Shown here piece by piece: positions 1 through 13,075 of a DNA stretch of 64,000 nt. Positions within the stretch are counted from its first letter, which is position 1, and the number at the start of each line of letters is the position of its first letter. This DNA is from Podarcis erhardii (Eukaryota): the NCBI GenBank assembly GCA_964252035.1, contig OZ176206.1; one strand, given 5' to 3'. The notes beneath the pieces were generated by a model. That model was not told the origin of the DNA. It worked only from the letters and a program-made list of their open reading frames with translations, and ran no database searches. The position numbers and the translations under genes were made by a program.

Positions 1-1262
1 TGAACTTAATAAGTTTCTACAGAAACAGAACCTTGTTTTTAACTTGTTAAAATTACGGTGGCCTGTGGCAGTGCAAATAAATATACTGACCATGAAAAAT
101 GTTGTGAGTCTAAGACACCAAGCACAGAAGCAATTTGCTTGCAGTATTGTACTATGTGGTAGGCTATATGACTGCTGTTTGTTTCTACATGCAAAGGTTA
201 CTGAAAAAGGGAAGGCTACAAGAAGACTGGGAGAATCCCCCCCCCACTCAGTATTACAGCATACAGCAACCAACTGTGCTAGCTAGGAATGATGTGGGTT
301 GTAGTCCAAAATATCTAGAGGACACCAGGATGGGGAAGGCTGAAATACAGAATATCAGAGCAGATATCAAAGATGGAAGTACTACTGCCAGAACAAGGAA
401 TTTTTACCTGCCTCTAGGAGTTGCCCTACTTCTGTTGATCAAAGCGATTGTTCAGTACAGAAATTATGGATAGCTACTTTCAGGGGGGCTATATGACAAA
501 GAGTCTTCTCATCATTTCCCCCCTATAAAATAGCCCAACATAAAGTGCAAAAAGAGATACCCAAGAGAAATCCACTAATCTGCATTCAACCTACAGATTA
601 AGCAATGCTATATTTCAGAGGTAGTGGCAAGAAGACAGTTGCATTTGTGGTGAAAAGCTAAGAACCTTGTGGAAAGTTGAGAAGAGATGCTAAGAGACTT
701 AAGGACCAACGACACTGAGCTGAATTCCACAGGCTGAGACATGAAGCTGGAAGGACAATGCAGCAGACCGTCTGAGGTGCCCCTGTAAGTCAGAGAGGTC
801 TGCTTTGGAAACCAAGAAAAGCCTTTCGCAAACAGAAACTTGCCGCACCACCAAAGAAACCCAATCCATGAGCGGGAAGGGTGCTATTCCAGTAAGGGCA
901 ATTTAGAAATAGCCACATTTTTTTGTGGCTACTCATGACAGACAATGACATCAGCAGAGAGAGAGACAGCACAAACAGAGAAGTCTTAAGAAGAGATCCA
1001 AGTCTATATCAAGTCAATCCAATCAAAGCCTTTCTGTGAAGAAAGCACTATAGCCCTCAGTATTGAAGGCCCTCTCCAATGGATCCCTGTTGCGATTGTA
1101 AAAGCCCCCCCCCTACCCCAATCAGCTCTCTCCACTTCACCATATTCCTAGTCTGCCCATTTTGTATGAGCTGATTTCTTGTGGGCCGTCTATCTCTTTT
1201 TGTTCCCTTCTCCTCACACCAAGCCACCTCCTGCCATGCCACTATTGCGGGGGGGGGGGGGA

Positions 1263-1636
1263 GGTAAAGGACCCCTGAATGATTAAGTCTAGTCAAAGGC
1301 AACTATGCGGGGTGGTGCTCATCTTGCTTCACACTGAGAGAGCCACCGTTTTCCACAGATAGCTTTCCGGGTCACGTGGCCAGCATGACTAAACGGCTTC
1401 TGGCACAACGGGACACCGTGACAAGTGCCAGAATGCATGGAAATGCTGTTTACCTGCCCACCGTAGCAGTACCTATTTATCTATTCACACTGGTATGCTT
1501 TTGAGCATAGCATACTTTCGAGTGGGTGGCGCTGTGGTCTAAACCACTGAGCCTCTTTAGCTTGCCGATCAAAAGGTCAGTGGTTCGAACCTGCTCAAGG
1601 GGGTGAGCTCCCGGTGTTCTGTCCCAGCTCCTGCAA
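1263..1636. mobile_element. Sauria SINE with inverted 5' half
   Basis: 3' part on the minus strand (1263-1505); 5' tRNA-like part GGGTGGCGCTGTGG..GGTTCGAA on the plus strand (1523-1636). Confidence 0.8.
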
Positions 1637-3212
1637 ATGCCACTATCTATGCCTGGATCAAACTCCCACTCTCTATGGCTATGAAGGCCCTTCCTCCATG
1701 TCTCCTTACCACTGGAAGAGGCAATGCCTGCATAGGCCCCCAGGTGAAGGGACCATTTTCCTTCTTTAGCCATGATGATTTTATTTATTTTTAAAAAAGG
1801 AAAAAGCAGGAGTAAACACTACTAAACACATTGAGTTTTCCCCTACAGAAGATATCATTAGCTTTTGAGACCCACACAAGTTGCTTTTGCTGAGTATGCA
1901 GAAAACCAACACTGAAGAAGCAGCTAGGGAAGAAGAAGAAGCGGTGAGCAAACAAAAGCAACGCCTTTGGTTAGGCCTGGCAGAGGAAGAAAAGACACAA
2001 AACAGGCTCAAAGGCTTGAGGAGCAAAGGGGGGAGGGGGTACCTCAAGTTCTGCAGAGGCAAAGGAGACAGAAAACACAGGGGCCATTTAAATATGACAT
2101 ATATGCAAAGGGCTAGCACTCATTTGTTGGCTCTGCTACAAAAGGACCATGGTCTCCTATGTAAACAGTCCAGAAAATTATGATGCAAACCATGCCATCA
2201 GGATCCTGAAAGGGGAAAACAGGACTCCCTTTCAGGGCAAGTAAAGTGTAGGTGGGGGAATCAGTGTAAAGGCAGAGGACCAGAAACGTCATCAGCTTCT
2301 TCCTCAGTGTCTAAACCCTTCTTTTAGTAATTGATTCAAGTAAGCCATTAGACAATGCAGAGCAGACAGAAGTCATTTCCAAATAATAGGGTATGCCTGG
2401 GCACATTTCTTCAGATGGGCCAACCAGGGCTTTGCTCCAGGGATAGGGCTGAGGCCACCCACAGTACTCCATGTCTCTCCTCAGGAAAAAAACACACCCT
2501 CACTTGTCAGAAAGGAGTGACACCTAGACAAGATTTAAGTGGGACTCACTTTTTCTTTCTTTGCAATGTTCCTGCCACAAAAGTTTGCCTGGCATTCTTC
2601 TTATGAAAAAAAGTACAAACATGTTTGCATGCCTGTAGAAATTTATTTTTTTCCTGTTTTTCCCCCCTTCAAAATGGGGACCTATACGTAGAAAACCCAG
2701 TAACTGTCATGTTGGCTTGCATCAAACTGCAGTAACCAAACTAGCCACGCTCATCTAGCTAACACACACACACACCACATATTTCCTTGTGCACCAGTCA
2801 CTCTGAAACTTTAAATCTGGGTGGTTCTATAAATGAAACTACTGCAATGTGTTTTTATGTTTGTAGGAAAAACATTGTGAAGACTCTTTTTCTCGCCCAG
2901 GTATCATAAATCACAGAAAGGTATTGACTTTACGGCTTCCCGAGACACTAACACAACAGATGAAGGACAGGGAGTGGGTGTTTCCCATATAAAGTCATTT
3001 CCAACTCTGGACCAAGAAGCAAGGCAGCAGAGAAGCTACTTAGGTCTTCTGTGAATAACCTGAGGTTGCTCCCTGGTGGCAGAGGGGCACATCTCTGGGC
3101 AAAGTGTAACACAGAATCAAATGCTTAAGTTCTCAGGACAAATTCAACAAGTTGTTGGCTGGGACCTCATGCTCACCCCAAGCCTTTGTTGACACAAGTC
3201 AGGGAGCATGAC

Positions 3213-3239
3213 GAGAGCGAGAGAGAGAGAGAGAGAGAG
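3213..3239. repeat. (GA)n microsatellite
   Basis: Direct reading. Confidence 0.9.
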
Positions 3240-4503
3240 GATAATACACAGAATGGGCTTCGAGTTAGGTAGGAGAAATGTTATAATCCTTTCGTCGTAA
3301 ATGATTGAACTGCTGGGCACCACACAGTGGGACTTGGGCAACCCACAATGGCTGTGTTTACATAGCCAGCGGATGGCTCCCACTGCTCCTCTCCAATCGT
3401 GGGAACTGCTCTTCAATGACAGGCTCAGAATTCTCCCAACAACTGCAGCACAGAGTTTGCCAGGTCAGCTCCCGGGTAGACTTGCTGGGAAGGGGCTGCT
3501 CAGGTATTCTGATGTGTTCCATACCTAGAGTGCTTTCAGCCCCACCCACTCAACCAGCTACAATTGAAAGCTGTTGTGTGCAGAACAAGGAAATCCTCTC
3601 TCCTCCAGTAAAGGTAAACAGTCCTGAAACCCAGGACCTTTAACCCAGAACTTAATATCTTGTGAGGGAAGTAAGAAGAGCCCTGCAGCTACTGCTGGAT
3701 CAGGCTGAAGGGGGCCCAGCAGACTCTTTCCTACAGTGACCAACCATATGTCCCATCAAGAAGTTCCCAAGGGAGGGCAAAGGAGTTGGTAGCCCAGAGG
3801 GACTAAGCACCAGGCCTCAAATCTTCTGCTTCCTTCAGTCATTTAAAAAACTTAACACACACACACACACACACACTGCCCAGAGACACCTACACATATA
3901 AATTAGCATATGCACATTTTCATTCCACATCCTTTAAAGACCTAACAACAACCCTAGTAAGACCAACAATCCATTCTTATTCAACTTCCCTGGCAACTTG
4001 TACTTTGAGGAATATCACCTCTGAACACAGATAGGCATTGATCTGCCTGTACTGTGCTACAGACAATTTTATAGTCAAGTTTGAAGGCAGCATGGCACAG
4101 AACCACTGCAGAAGGAGAGTTCATTTTTCATTGAACTGAAGCCCCAAGGTAGAAAGAGAGGACGTGAGAGGCAGAACACAAGACCTGCAGCCAGAACACC
4201 AGTGGCCTTGGGCTCTCTAGAGGAAAAGGCCCACAGACAGCACCCCCATCCCCAATCTGACCAATTAAGGGCAGAAACCAACCAAACACTCCTAGTGCAG
4301 CAGGGCAGCTCTCATTGCAGCACCCTATGTTCAGCTGTTTTACCACTGCTGAAGTCAAAGTGAGGTGAGCTCTGCTCACCGAGGAGTAGGTGCATTCTAC
4401 TAACACAACATGCCCATTCTCACTGCACCTTTTCAAGTGCCCCAAAACCTTTTCCATGCTAGAATAAAGGGAGGTAGGGGAGATCACCAGGATAGTGACT
4501 TAC

Positions 4504-7500
4504 CTTGGAGGCATTAGGATTACGATCACACTGTTGAGAGAAGAAAAGGAAGAGAAAGAAGAGAAAGGATGTTAAGCTCCTGGAAGAAAATATTTCTGGC
4601 CTGCAAGAAAGAGCCCAAGCCACGTGAGGTACCTGGCATCCTTCACTTCTCACTCCCAGAAATGAACTGGGAGCAAAGTTCTTATTTACTAAAACCAGGA
4701 CATTAGAGCTGCCTTGCCAACCTGGTACTCTCTAGTTGTTTTGGATGACAACTCCCACCAGCCCCAGCTTGCATGGTCATACTTTCTACTCCAACACAGT
4801 TGTGCTGGCTGGGGCTTATGGGAGTTGTAGTCCAAAACTGGAGGGCAGGAGGCGAGCAAAGGCTGAGTTCAAGTCATTTGAGAGCACATGCTGCTACATT
4901 AATCAGCTCCTCCACCCAAGCCCACAACAAGCTCTTTGACAAAAGAGGCAAAGAATAGTTTGTGCCTCACCTTCTCTCTGGAGCTCCACAGCCTGTACCC
5001 AAAGGTGGATATTCTTATTAAATAAAAGCTACAAACATTCCCAATTTCTCCCCCATACTAGGACCTCACCGGATGAACCTCTCCTATAAGGTACTGGTCA
5101 AGCATCTCTCGGGCATCAATAGAGTGGCCAACGTCTTCAAAGTTCTCAGTGGCATCTTTACCAGCTTGTTCAAGCAGAACCTCCTCTCCACCTGGATGCT
5201 GCAAAGAACAACATGGGAACTATGAAAACGAAAAGCAGCAAGAAAAACACACCAGCTTCTCTTCCTCAGCATATACACAACTGACAACCCAAGGCATGTC
5301 CCACTGAACTCAGTGGGAATAATATCCAAGTAGACATGCAAAGGATTGCACTCGGTTGAATCCTATACTTATCTACTCAGAAGTAAGTCCTTATGAATTC
5401 AATGGGACCTGCTCTCAGATAAGTGTAGTTGGATTGCAGCCTTAATGTCCCATCTCCACTATGGGAAGCCTCAAGAATTCCATCCAGTTTCCTTAAACAT
5501 GCTTGAAAAATTAAGGCCCTGGCCATCCAAGAACCTGGAAGCCTAGTAGTGGCAAGCAAGAGGTCCGCGGATTTTACTCCTTCTATCCATGGTCAGGAAA
5601 TGCATTAATGTTGGTCCCTTAAACACACATCAGGTGCCTGGAGATTTACAGTACTGTATTTGTATTTTAATCATGTGCAGCCTTGAGTATTCTTTGATAT
5701 AAATGTAAGATAAAATAATAAAAGAAAACAAATGCAATGTTTTTCAGCACCACTTAAGACCCATCTGATTTTTTTAAACAGTACCTCTGATATTAACAGC
5801 CATTTTTCCACCTAAGGACACCCATCTGCTCTGGTCCAGAACAACTGTGGGAACCACCAGGTTGGTGAAGATTGAGTTAAAGAGTGGGATGGAGGGTTGC
5901 CAGGATGAGCAAAGCTAGAATCGCTATGATTACTACGGTGCTTTCTGGTTCCACAGATGCAAGGAATGAGCACATGTTTTACATACAAAAAGTCCCAGGT
6001 TTAATCCCTGCTGGCATCTTTGGTTAAAACAAAGTGGCAGGCCGGAAGAGAGCATTCTCTAGGATAGCCCCATAGCTATTGAATTCCCTCCTCACATAGA
6101 TGTGTCTGTCTTCATTATACAGCTTTTGTCATTGTTGAAAATGTACCTCTTTATACAGGCCTTCAACATCTGATTATCTATCTGTCTGTCTGTCTGCATT
6201 TGTACTCAAATTGATATTTGGTCTTTTATCGCTTGTGTGTATGTTTGTCTCCCTGGGCACCCTTAGAAGGAAGATAAATGTTTTAGGGCCCACCCTATAC
6301 TTCTGATTCAAAGTTGTTTTTAACTATGTTTTACATTGCTGCAGCCCATCCTGGGACCTTATGGTGAAGGGCAGGTAAGAAATCTAAATAATAGCAATAA
6401 TAGTGGACAGATACTTGCAGTTGGAATAAATAGTGTGAGGCTAGGTGGTCAATTGCCCGATGTGCTAAAAGGAGAAGCTTCCTACACTTATCTGCATTTT
6501 ACTTCCAATAGTTTGGACTCCTGCTACCTCTCCCTTGGGTTGTAGATGCCACTGACTTTTGGCAGAACAGGAGCCACATACAGCATCTCAGGTCAGAGAG
6601 TACAGTGCAGTCAAAACATGCCCAGGCACACCTTCAATGTGCTGGAAGGATCCCTGGGGTGGATTTTGCTCCCAGGGTAAAAAAAAAGAAAAAGAAGAAG
6701 CCTCCAAGAGCGAGGCAGGGGGCAGAGGTGATGTGAATAATCTCTGATTGACGTCATCAGCTTCCCCCTTTGGCAGCTCACATTTCTCCCCAGAATGACA
6801 CAAGAGGTGTGGACACTGAAGGCCTTAGAAATGGACAACAAGCGAAAAGGGCTTGATTTAAGCCACCAGCAATTGACTTCTTTCCTTTGTCTTTATGAAC
6901 TGCAAAGTTAAGGATGGGCATGGAAAGAAGTTAAGCAAAGCTTATTTGAGAATGGATAGTATTCAGCCCTAACTAATCTCTCAGGCATTGAATCTGGTTT
7001 CCATACTACCAGAGAGAAGGAGAGAGAAGACAAATACAAAGGTAGCTTTTGAATTAGGCTAGTGTGTGTCATGCTGCCTTAAGTTCTTGGTATCTTCTGG
7101 TTTTAAGTTTCTCCTTAAAGAACAGTTTTGGCATTCCATGTCACTTAGAAAAGTTGGATCAGTAAGATAGATGATCTGATATACAGTCAGTTTGAGAAGT
7201 TGAATTCATCCACAGCCAAAAGGCCATTTACATCCAGAAAATTTTTCTCCAAGTGATCAAGCAGACAGTAGAGAACAGAATGCCAAACCAAGTTGGAAAG
7301 TACCCAGCAAAGATGCCCCCAGCGTAGGCAAGAATAGGAACCCAAAGCTCTTTGCCGGAGCTAATGCTATTCAGACGTTTGATTTTAAATCTTCCAAAGT
7401 CTCGTAGCAACTTGCATTTAGAGCAGGAGACATAGTGAGGGCCCAGAATTTGGCACACAAGAGAAGGGGCACAAAAGCAAGCATTCCTGTGCATCCTCCC

Positions 7501-10500
7501 TTGAAATACATTATGGGTACCCATCTGGTGTTCCCAGGCAGCTTCTGAGCTACCCAGGAATTCAATTCCTAGCTTGCTGGAGCTCCAGGTCTCCCTCATT
7601 CCAATGTGCTTCTATCACATGAAAGTCTAATGTCTCATTCTTTAATATGTAATCTTTGCTGCAACATTACTAAACAGAATTGGATTTATGTAATCCCTGC
7701 TGCAATTGGCAGGCTTCAAGGACTAAATCAGCATCTGGCCCATTGACCGACAAGCTGCTGGAGCCCCAGGAGCAGAACACAATTATCTCTTTGCAAAGAG
7801 GCCTCCTCTGCTTTACGCAACAAGCCTGTGGTAGCACTTCAGGCTGAACCACAATCTCACTCATGTATCATGCAGCAAGAAAGCACAAAGAGTTTCAGGT
7901 TGAAGAACATTGCAGTACAATTGCTAAAATAGGCAGAAAGATCAATAAGTGGTCCTCCAAGACTACAGCAATTTTTCAAGCAGTCCATGGGGGAAGATGT
8001 TTAGGAACTACTGAACTAACTAGGAGTCTGAAAGGTACTATCTACAGCTTCAACAGAAGATCCACAGAAAGCACTTCTTTCCTTGTGAGCTCATCCATCC
8101 TTTCAAAACAGTAAAAGAGGCCTTGGTTAAACTCACACACAGGCACACAAGTGTAAACACACAGCGGGGTCTTCTCAGTGGTGGCCTCAATCCATTAGAC
8201 TACATTATCAAAGAGGTCAAAGCATGTAAGTAGCTAGTAATTGGCCTAAAGGCATTTTATATTAGGACAAACCTATGAGGCTCTTTTGCAAATTTACAAT
8301 GTTTTCATGAAATTTTCTTTTATCTCTGTGATTAGCTATCAATTTTTAAAAAATGAAGCACTAATTACTTTAATATAGTTTTATGTTGCTTTTATGTAGT
8401 GATTGTTAACTGCTCTGGATAGGCAATAAAAAGAGGTCTAGAAACTTAAGTGAAATAAACAGTAATTTAGACCACCCACAGTCTCCAGACTACTCTTTAT
8501 GCAGATGGTATTGCAATCTAGATCTGATTCAGATTATGGTGTGGATGTGCATTTACCAGAAGCTTAAGACTTTTTCTTGTCTTGTCTTGTCTTAAGACAC
8601 TGTGGACTGCTGGGAAGGGGAAAGAGGAAAGTGATCATGTGTGTCTGTGTGCACACACAATTTCACCCCCAACCCTCTTAATCAGTACTTCTGGGAAGTA
8701 AACAGTAACTTCAAAGTCACTGAGTAGCCAGAATTGGGAATTAGCTCATAAGCAGTTGAGGAATTAATCAGACAAGACAATATTATATGTTAGGTACCAG
8801 ACACTGAAATATGGATATTTCCAATACAGTGGCCACTTCCTGCAAAACGTACCTTGCTTTTTAAAATACTGGCATTTATTAGGTATTTTGGAAAATGGTT
8901 TGTCTGATTGCTATGCATTTGGACACCTCTTAAGACACTGTAACCAAATTTTGCAAAATGGTTCCTGAGATCAAGAATGCGTCTTTTATCTTTGTTTGGG
9001 TACAATGGGAAGCCATTAGAAATCAAGATGGCACACTGAACTGGACCTTTCAAAACTGCACTGATGTTTTGATTTCTTAGAATTCCTGAGCAATTCCAGG
9101 TACAAGGCTGCTAGCAGTTAATAATTATTTCTATAACATTTTAGTATTCCAAATAGTTGAAAATCCTTTTCATATAAATGTTCACATCAACCCTGTGAGA
9201 TCCTAAATCTTAATAGAGGCTGCAACATACGATATGTTCACACAGAGGGTTAGCTGAATTTTGCAAACCGTTAACAAGCATTTGCTCCTATCCTGTTCTC
9301 ATTTAGAGAAGTCAATAAGCAGTTGTGTGTGCCTACAAAGCCGCCAAGTGGTCAACCCCCTGGGTCCACTAGCCTAGTACTGTCTGCTTCAAGGGGAGGG
9401 GAAACTTGCAGCCTTCTAGATATTTTTGGACAGCCAGTGTGAAATAGTTGTCGGTGTATTGAACTAGGTCATGGGAAACCAGGGTTCAAATTTTCACTTG
9501 GCTATGAAGCTCCCTGGGTGACATTGGGCCATTCACTCAGCCTAGCCTACCTCACAGGGGTGTTGTGGGGATTAAATGAGGAGAACCATGTAAGCCACCT
9601 TGAGCTCCATGGAGAAAAAAGTGAGATATAAATGCAATAAAGAAGTAAATCAATGAGTTCCTATTATCCCAGGCCACTGGGACAATTAGGTCATTAGGGT
9701 TGATGGGAGTTGGGAGCCTGAAAATACTTATAGGGCCTCAGATAATTTCCTGCCCTTCCCTTTATTTTAAAGTGACATGCAGTGGGTCTCCAAGGCTTTT
9801 CCTAGCCCTTTCCCCCTCACACTGGCCATCCAACATCTCAGGCAAGAATGTAAAGGTAAAGGAACCCTTGACCATTAGGTCCAGTCGTGACCGGCTCTGG
9901 GGTTGTGGCGCTCATCTCGCTTTATTGGCCGAGGGAGCCATTGTACAGCTTCCGGGTCATGTGGCCAGCATGACTAAGCCACTTCTGGCGAACCAGAGCA
10001 GCGCACAGGAACGCCGTTTACCTTTCCGCTGGAGTGGTATCTATTTATCTACTTGCACTTTGACGTGCTTTCAAACTGCTAGGTGGGCAGGAGCAGGGAC
10101 CGAGCAACAGGAGCTCACCCCATCACGGGGATTCAAACCGCCAACCTTCTGCTCGGCAAGTCCTAGGCTCGGTGGTTTAACCCACAGCGCCACCCGCATC
10201 CCTTTAAAGAGTGTACCACACTTTTAAACTGGAGATGCTGCGGACTGAATCTGCATGTCTCCTACATGCAAAGCATTTGTTTTATCCCCATTCCCATGTG
10301 GGTCCTCCAATTGACCCTGGCTGACTCTGTGTATTGCTACTTTTTATGTATACATTTTTAACATTTTCAAAGGATAACTGAGGAAACTCAGCCCACTGAA
10401 GTTGTGGGGACGGGGTGAACCTGCCCACAGCCTTAGAAGGAAGGCAGGGGATGCTATGGCAAAGCAACGCCCTGTGTCTGTCAGGAGCTGGAAGAAGTTA

Positions 10501-11033
10501 GCCTGGACATTATGACGTTGTGTTCTGCCTTTCCCAATCTACAGGCCGCTTGCAGTTGAAAGTCCAGGAGGCTGGAAGAGGCTCCCTCGAGGGCCTAGCC
10601 ATCCCAACCACCACCACCCCGCCATGTTTAGCCTGCAGGTTAGCCTTTTCCCTCACCCCGTCCGGCAGAAGCCAGCTGGGGTCTCCCCTTTCGGCCCCTC
10701 CAGGCCTGGTTGGGGCCTTCATGATCTTAGCAAGGCCCCGCATCTCCCTCCTTGCTCCCAGGAAGTCCCTGGGCGGGAATGGGTCCACCCACAAACCCCC
10801 GCTCCCGTATCGCGGAAAACAGCTCCCTCCTGAGGGTGGGGGGCGTCATTTGCATAAATTAGCATAGCCACCTCGCTGAGGAAGCGGGTCACGTCATAGA
10901 CGCGCCCGCTGATGACCAGCCAGGTCTCCTTGTCGGTGTTTCGCTTCGCCACTTCATCCAGGGTGAAGACAGGCCTCCTTTCGCGCGTCTCCGGCGCGTC
11001 CCCGCCGCTACCGTGCTCCTTCATCGACCCCAT
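4504..11033 (-). CDS. CYB5B: Cytochrome b5 type B (outer mitochondrial membrane), partial: coding exons 10872-11033, 5070-5198, 4504-4530; later exons including the C-terminal anchor not located
   Basis: Spliced translation [54 protein letters not shown]|[43 protein letters not shown]|CDRNPNASK. It contains the haem-binding HPGG and GHS motifs. [21 protein letters not shown] fits the B isoform. All junctions are GT-AG, phase 0. Confidence 0.9.
9435..9650 (+). mobile_element. tRNA-derived MIR-like squamate SINE with L2-type tail
   Basis: GGGTTCAAAT box B, CTAGCCTACCTCACAGGG core, and tail GTAAGCCACCTTGAG...ATATAAATGCAATAAA. Confidence 0.65.
9851..10202 (-). mobile_element. Sauria SINE (Podarcis-type), full length
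   Basis: Reverse complement starts GGGATGCGGGTGGCGCTGTGGGTTAAACC, contains CTGGCCACATGACCCGGAAG and ends in the CCTTTACCTTTA tail. Confidence 0.9.
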
Positions 11034-11039
11034 TCAGAC

Positions 11040-11260
11040 TCGCTCGCCTCGACCGAAGGGGATTCTTGGGCTTCCGAGGCCGCCGTACCTTAGGCCACTC
11101 CCACTCATCAACCAGGTGGCGAGGCGGGGGGTGGGATGAGGTGGAGGAGGGCATAGTGCTCAGAGGCCAATCGGAACGACGCGCCGTTGACTTTGTCAGC
11201 CAATGAAATAGTCTACTTTCATGAGGCGGCCGACGGGGGTGGGAAGCAAAGCATGTTTTT
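11040..11260 (-). promoter_or_regulatory. CYB5B proximal promoter (CpG-rich, two CCAAT boxes)
   Basis: CpG-rich stretch just upstream of the ATG, with GCCAAT at about 11166 and about 11199. Confidence 0.55.
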
Positions 11261-11673
11261 CTCTTAGTAAATGCGAACGACTAGGATGTGCTTCATACGG
11301 AACTTTTGAGAGGAATGGCATCAGCGTAGACAGGCAGATAGCATATTAATTGGTTCCTAACCTGTATGGAAATGATGGATTGATTTTTTGGGGGTGTATG
11401 TATGATATATTCCCACTCTTCAATATAAATTATATACACATACACAAGTCTGAGAAGCTGATACACTAATATATACTCAAAACAATTTAAAAAATCATAA
11501 AAGCATAACCATTTTAACACAGATTGAAAATAATAAAACATATAAAGGTAACTATATATGTCTAGAAAGGCTTACCAAAACAAAAAGTCTTTAAGCAGGT
11601 ATCATATAGGTAGGAGGATGCGTACCTTATGACAATGGGTATGTGTAAGGACTCTGCTGGCAGGGAGGCTTTC

Positions 11674-12380
11674 AAGTCAAGTCAAGTACTTTATTACGGT
11701 CATAGACCAGCATAAACAAAACATATACATAGATAGTATAACAGTATGAATCCAGGCGAATAATTATTAAATAAATAGGAGCTAGAACCAAATGTAGATT
11801 TAAACATATACATAGAGTACTTAATTAAGGATAGACAATGGGTCTAAAAAATTTATAAGAAAGATTAAAAGATTAAAAGATCAGTTAACACAGCTATATG
11901 GGTTGGGCTTCAGAAGTGCGGATCTAATAATATGGGCCTTCAGTTTAGGATTGAATTGTAGCATAGATCATTATTCGTCAGATATCTGTCATGGCAGCGC
12001 AATATCTGGTGACTGAATATGTGACTTCTGGGCTCTCTTCCTGTGAACCAGACCAAGTTTTATTGCGACAAAAGCCAGCGACACCAAACACCACAAGACC
12101 AAACAAAAAGAAATCAACAACAACATCAAGAAGAAGAAGAAGAAAAAAGATTACACAAGGGAACTTCGCAGTGTGCCACTCAACAAAAGAAGTTTACGCT
12201 TCCTGATTGCTAAAGTGCAAAATTTGGCCACCTCATATGATTGAGCTTGAGGAATCTTCCAGAAGGTATTTTCGTATAATTTCGGGGGAGGATTCCAAAT
12301 AATGTTGTAGGGGTATAAATTTTGATAAAAGCGGCAAAATGAGTTGAGCTCGTTCTTCACTATAAAATTTGCAAAATTTT
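11674..12380 (-). mobile_element. 5'-truncated LINE insertion made of two 3' ends (clade uncertain, RTE-X/L2-like)
   Basis: Exact 14-bp TSD GCAGGGAGGCTTTC (11660-11673, 12381-12394). Minus-strand AATAAA at 11690-11695 with an (ACTTG)n tail. ORF2-terminus-like peptides CKFYSEERAQLILPLL..LLED and YEVAKFCTLAIRKR. Confidence 0.65.
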
Positions 12381-12441
12381 GCAGGGAGGCTTTCTGGATC
12401 CAAGAAGGGGACCATCAATATTACCTAAGAATATCTTAAAA

Positions 12442-12751
12442 TAAACCACAGAGCCTAGGGCTTGCCGATCAGAAGGTTGGCAGTTTGAATCCCCACAACG
12501 GGGTGAGCTCCCATTGCTCGGTCACTGCTCCTGCCAGCCTAGTAGTTCGAAAGCACGTCAAAGTGCAAGTAGATAAATAGGAACAGTGTTTCCGTGCGCT
12601 GCTCTGGTTCGCCAGAAGCGGCTTAGTCATGCTGGCCACATGACCCGGAAGCTGTACACCGGCTCCCTCGGCCAATTAAGCGAGATGAGTGCCACAACCC
12701 CAGAATCATCCATGACTGGACCTAACGGTCAGGAGTCCCTTTACCTTTACC
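12442..12751 (+). mobile_element. Sauria SINE, slightly 5'-truncated
   Basis: TAAACCACAGAGCCTAGG...CACATGACCCGGAAG...CCCTTTACCTTTACC; near-identical to the copy at 9851-10202. Confidence 0.9.
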
Positions 12752-12834
12752 TATGTGTAAGGACTCTGCTAGCAGGGAGGTTTTCTGGATCCAGGAAGGG
12801 GACTGTCAATATTACCTAAGAATATTTTAAAATA

Positions 12835-13075
12835 CAGTGGTACCTCAGGTTACATACGCTTCAGGTTACATACGCTTCAGGTTACAGACTCCGCTAACCC
12901 AGAAATAGTGCTTCAGGTTAAGAACTTTGCTTCAGTATGAGAACAGAAATTGTGCTCCGGCAGCACGGCGGCAGCAGGAGGCCCCATTAGCTAAAGTGGT
13001 CTTCAGGTTAAGAACAGTTTCAGGTTAAGAACGGACCTCCAGAACGAATTAAGTACTTAAGCCGAGGTACCACTG
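12835..13075. mobile_element. Tc1/mariner (Tigger/pogo-like) MITE
   Basis: Terminal inverted repeats CAGTGGTACCTC / GAGGTACCACTG with TA on both flanks. Confidence 0.85.

Noticed and set aside
1-4503. CYB5B exons 4-5 (membrane anchor); candidates at about 2130-2205, 2550-2571, 3358-3442 and 4429-4458
   Set aside because: None gave the expected phase, a W..W.IP..YR-type anchor or a plausible intron length. The exons may be outside the window or missed, so loss of the anchor is not claimed.
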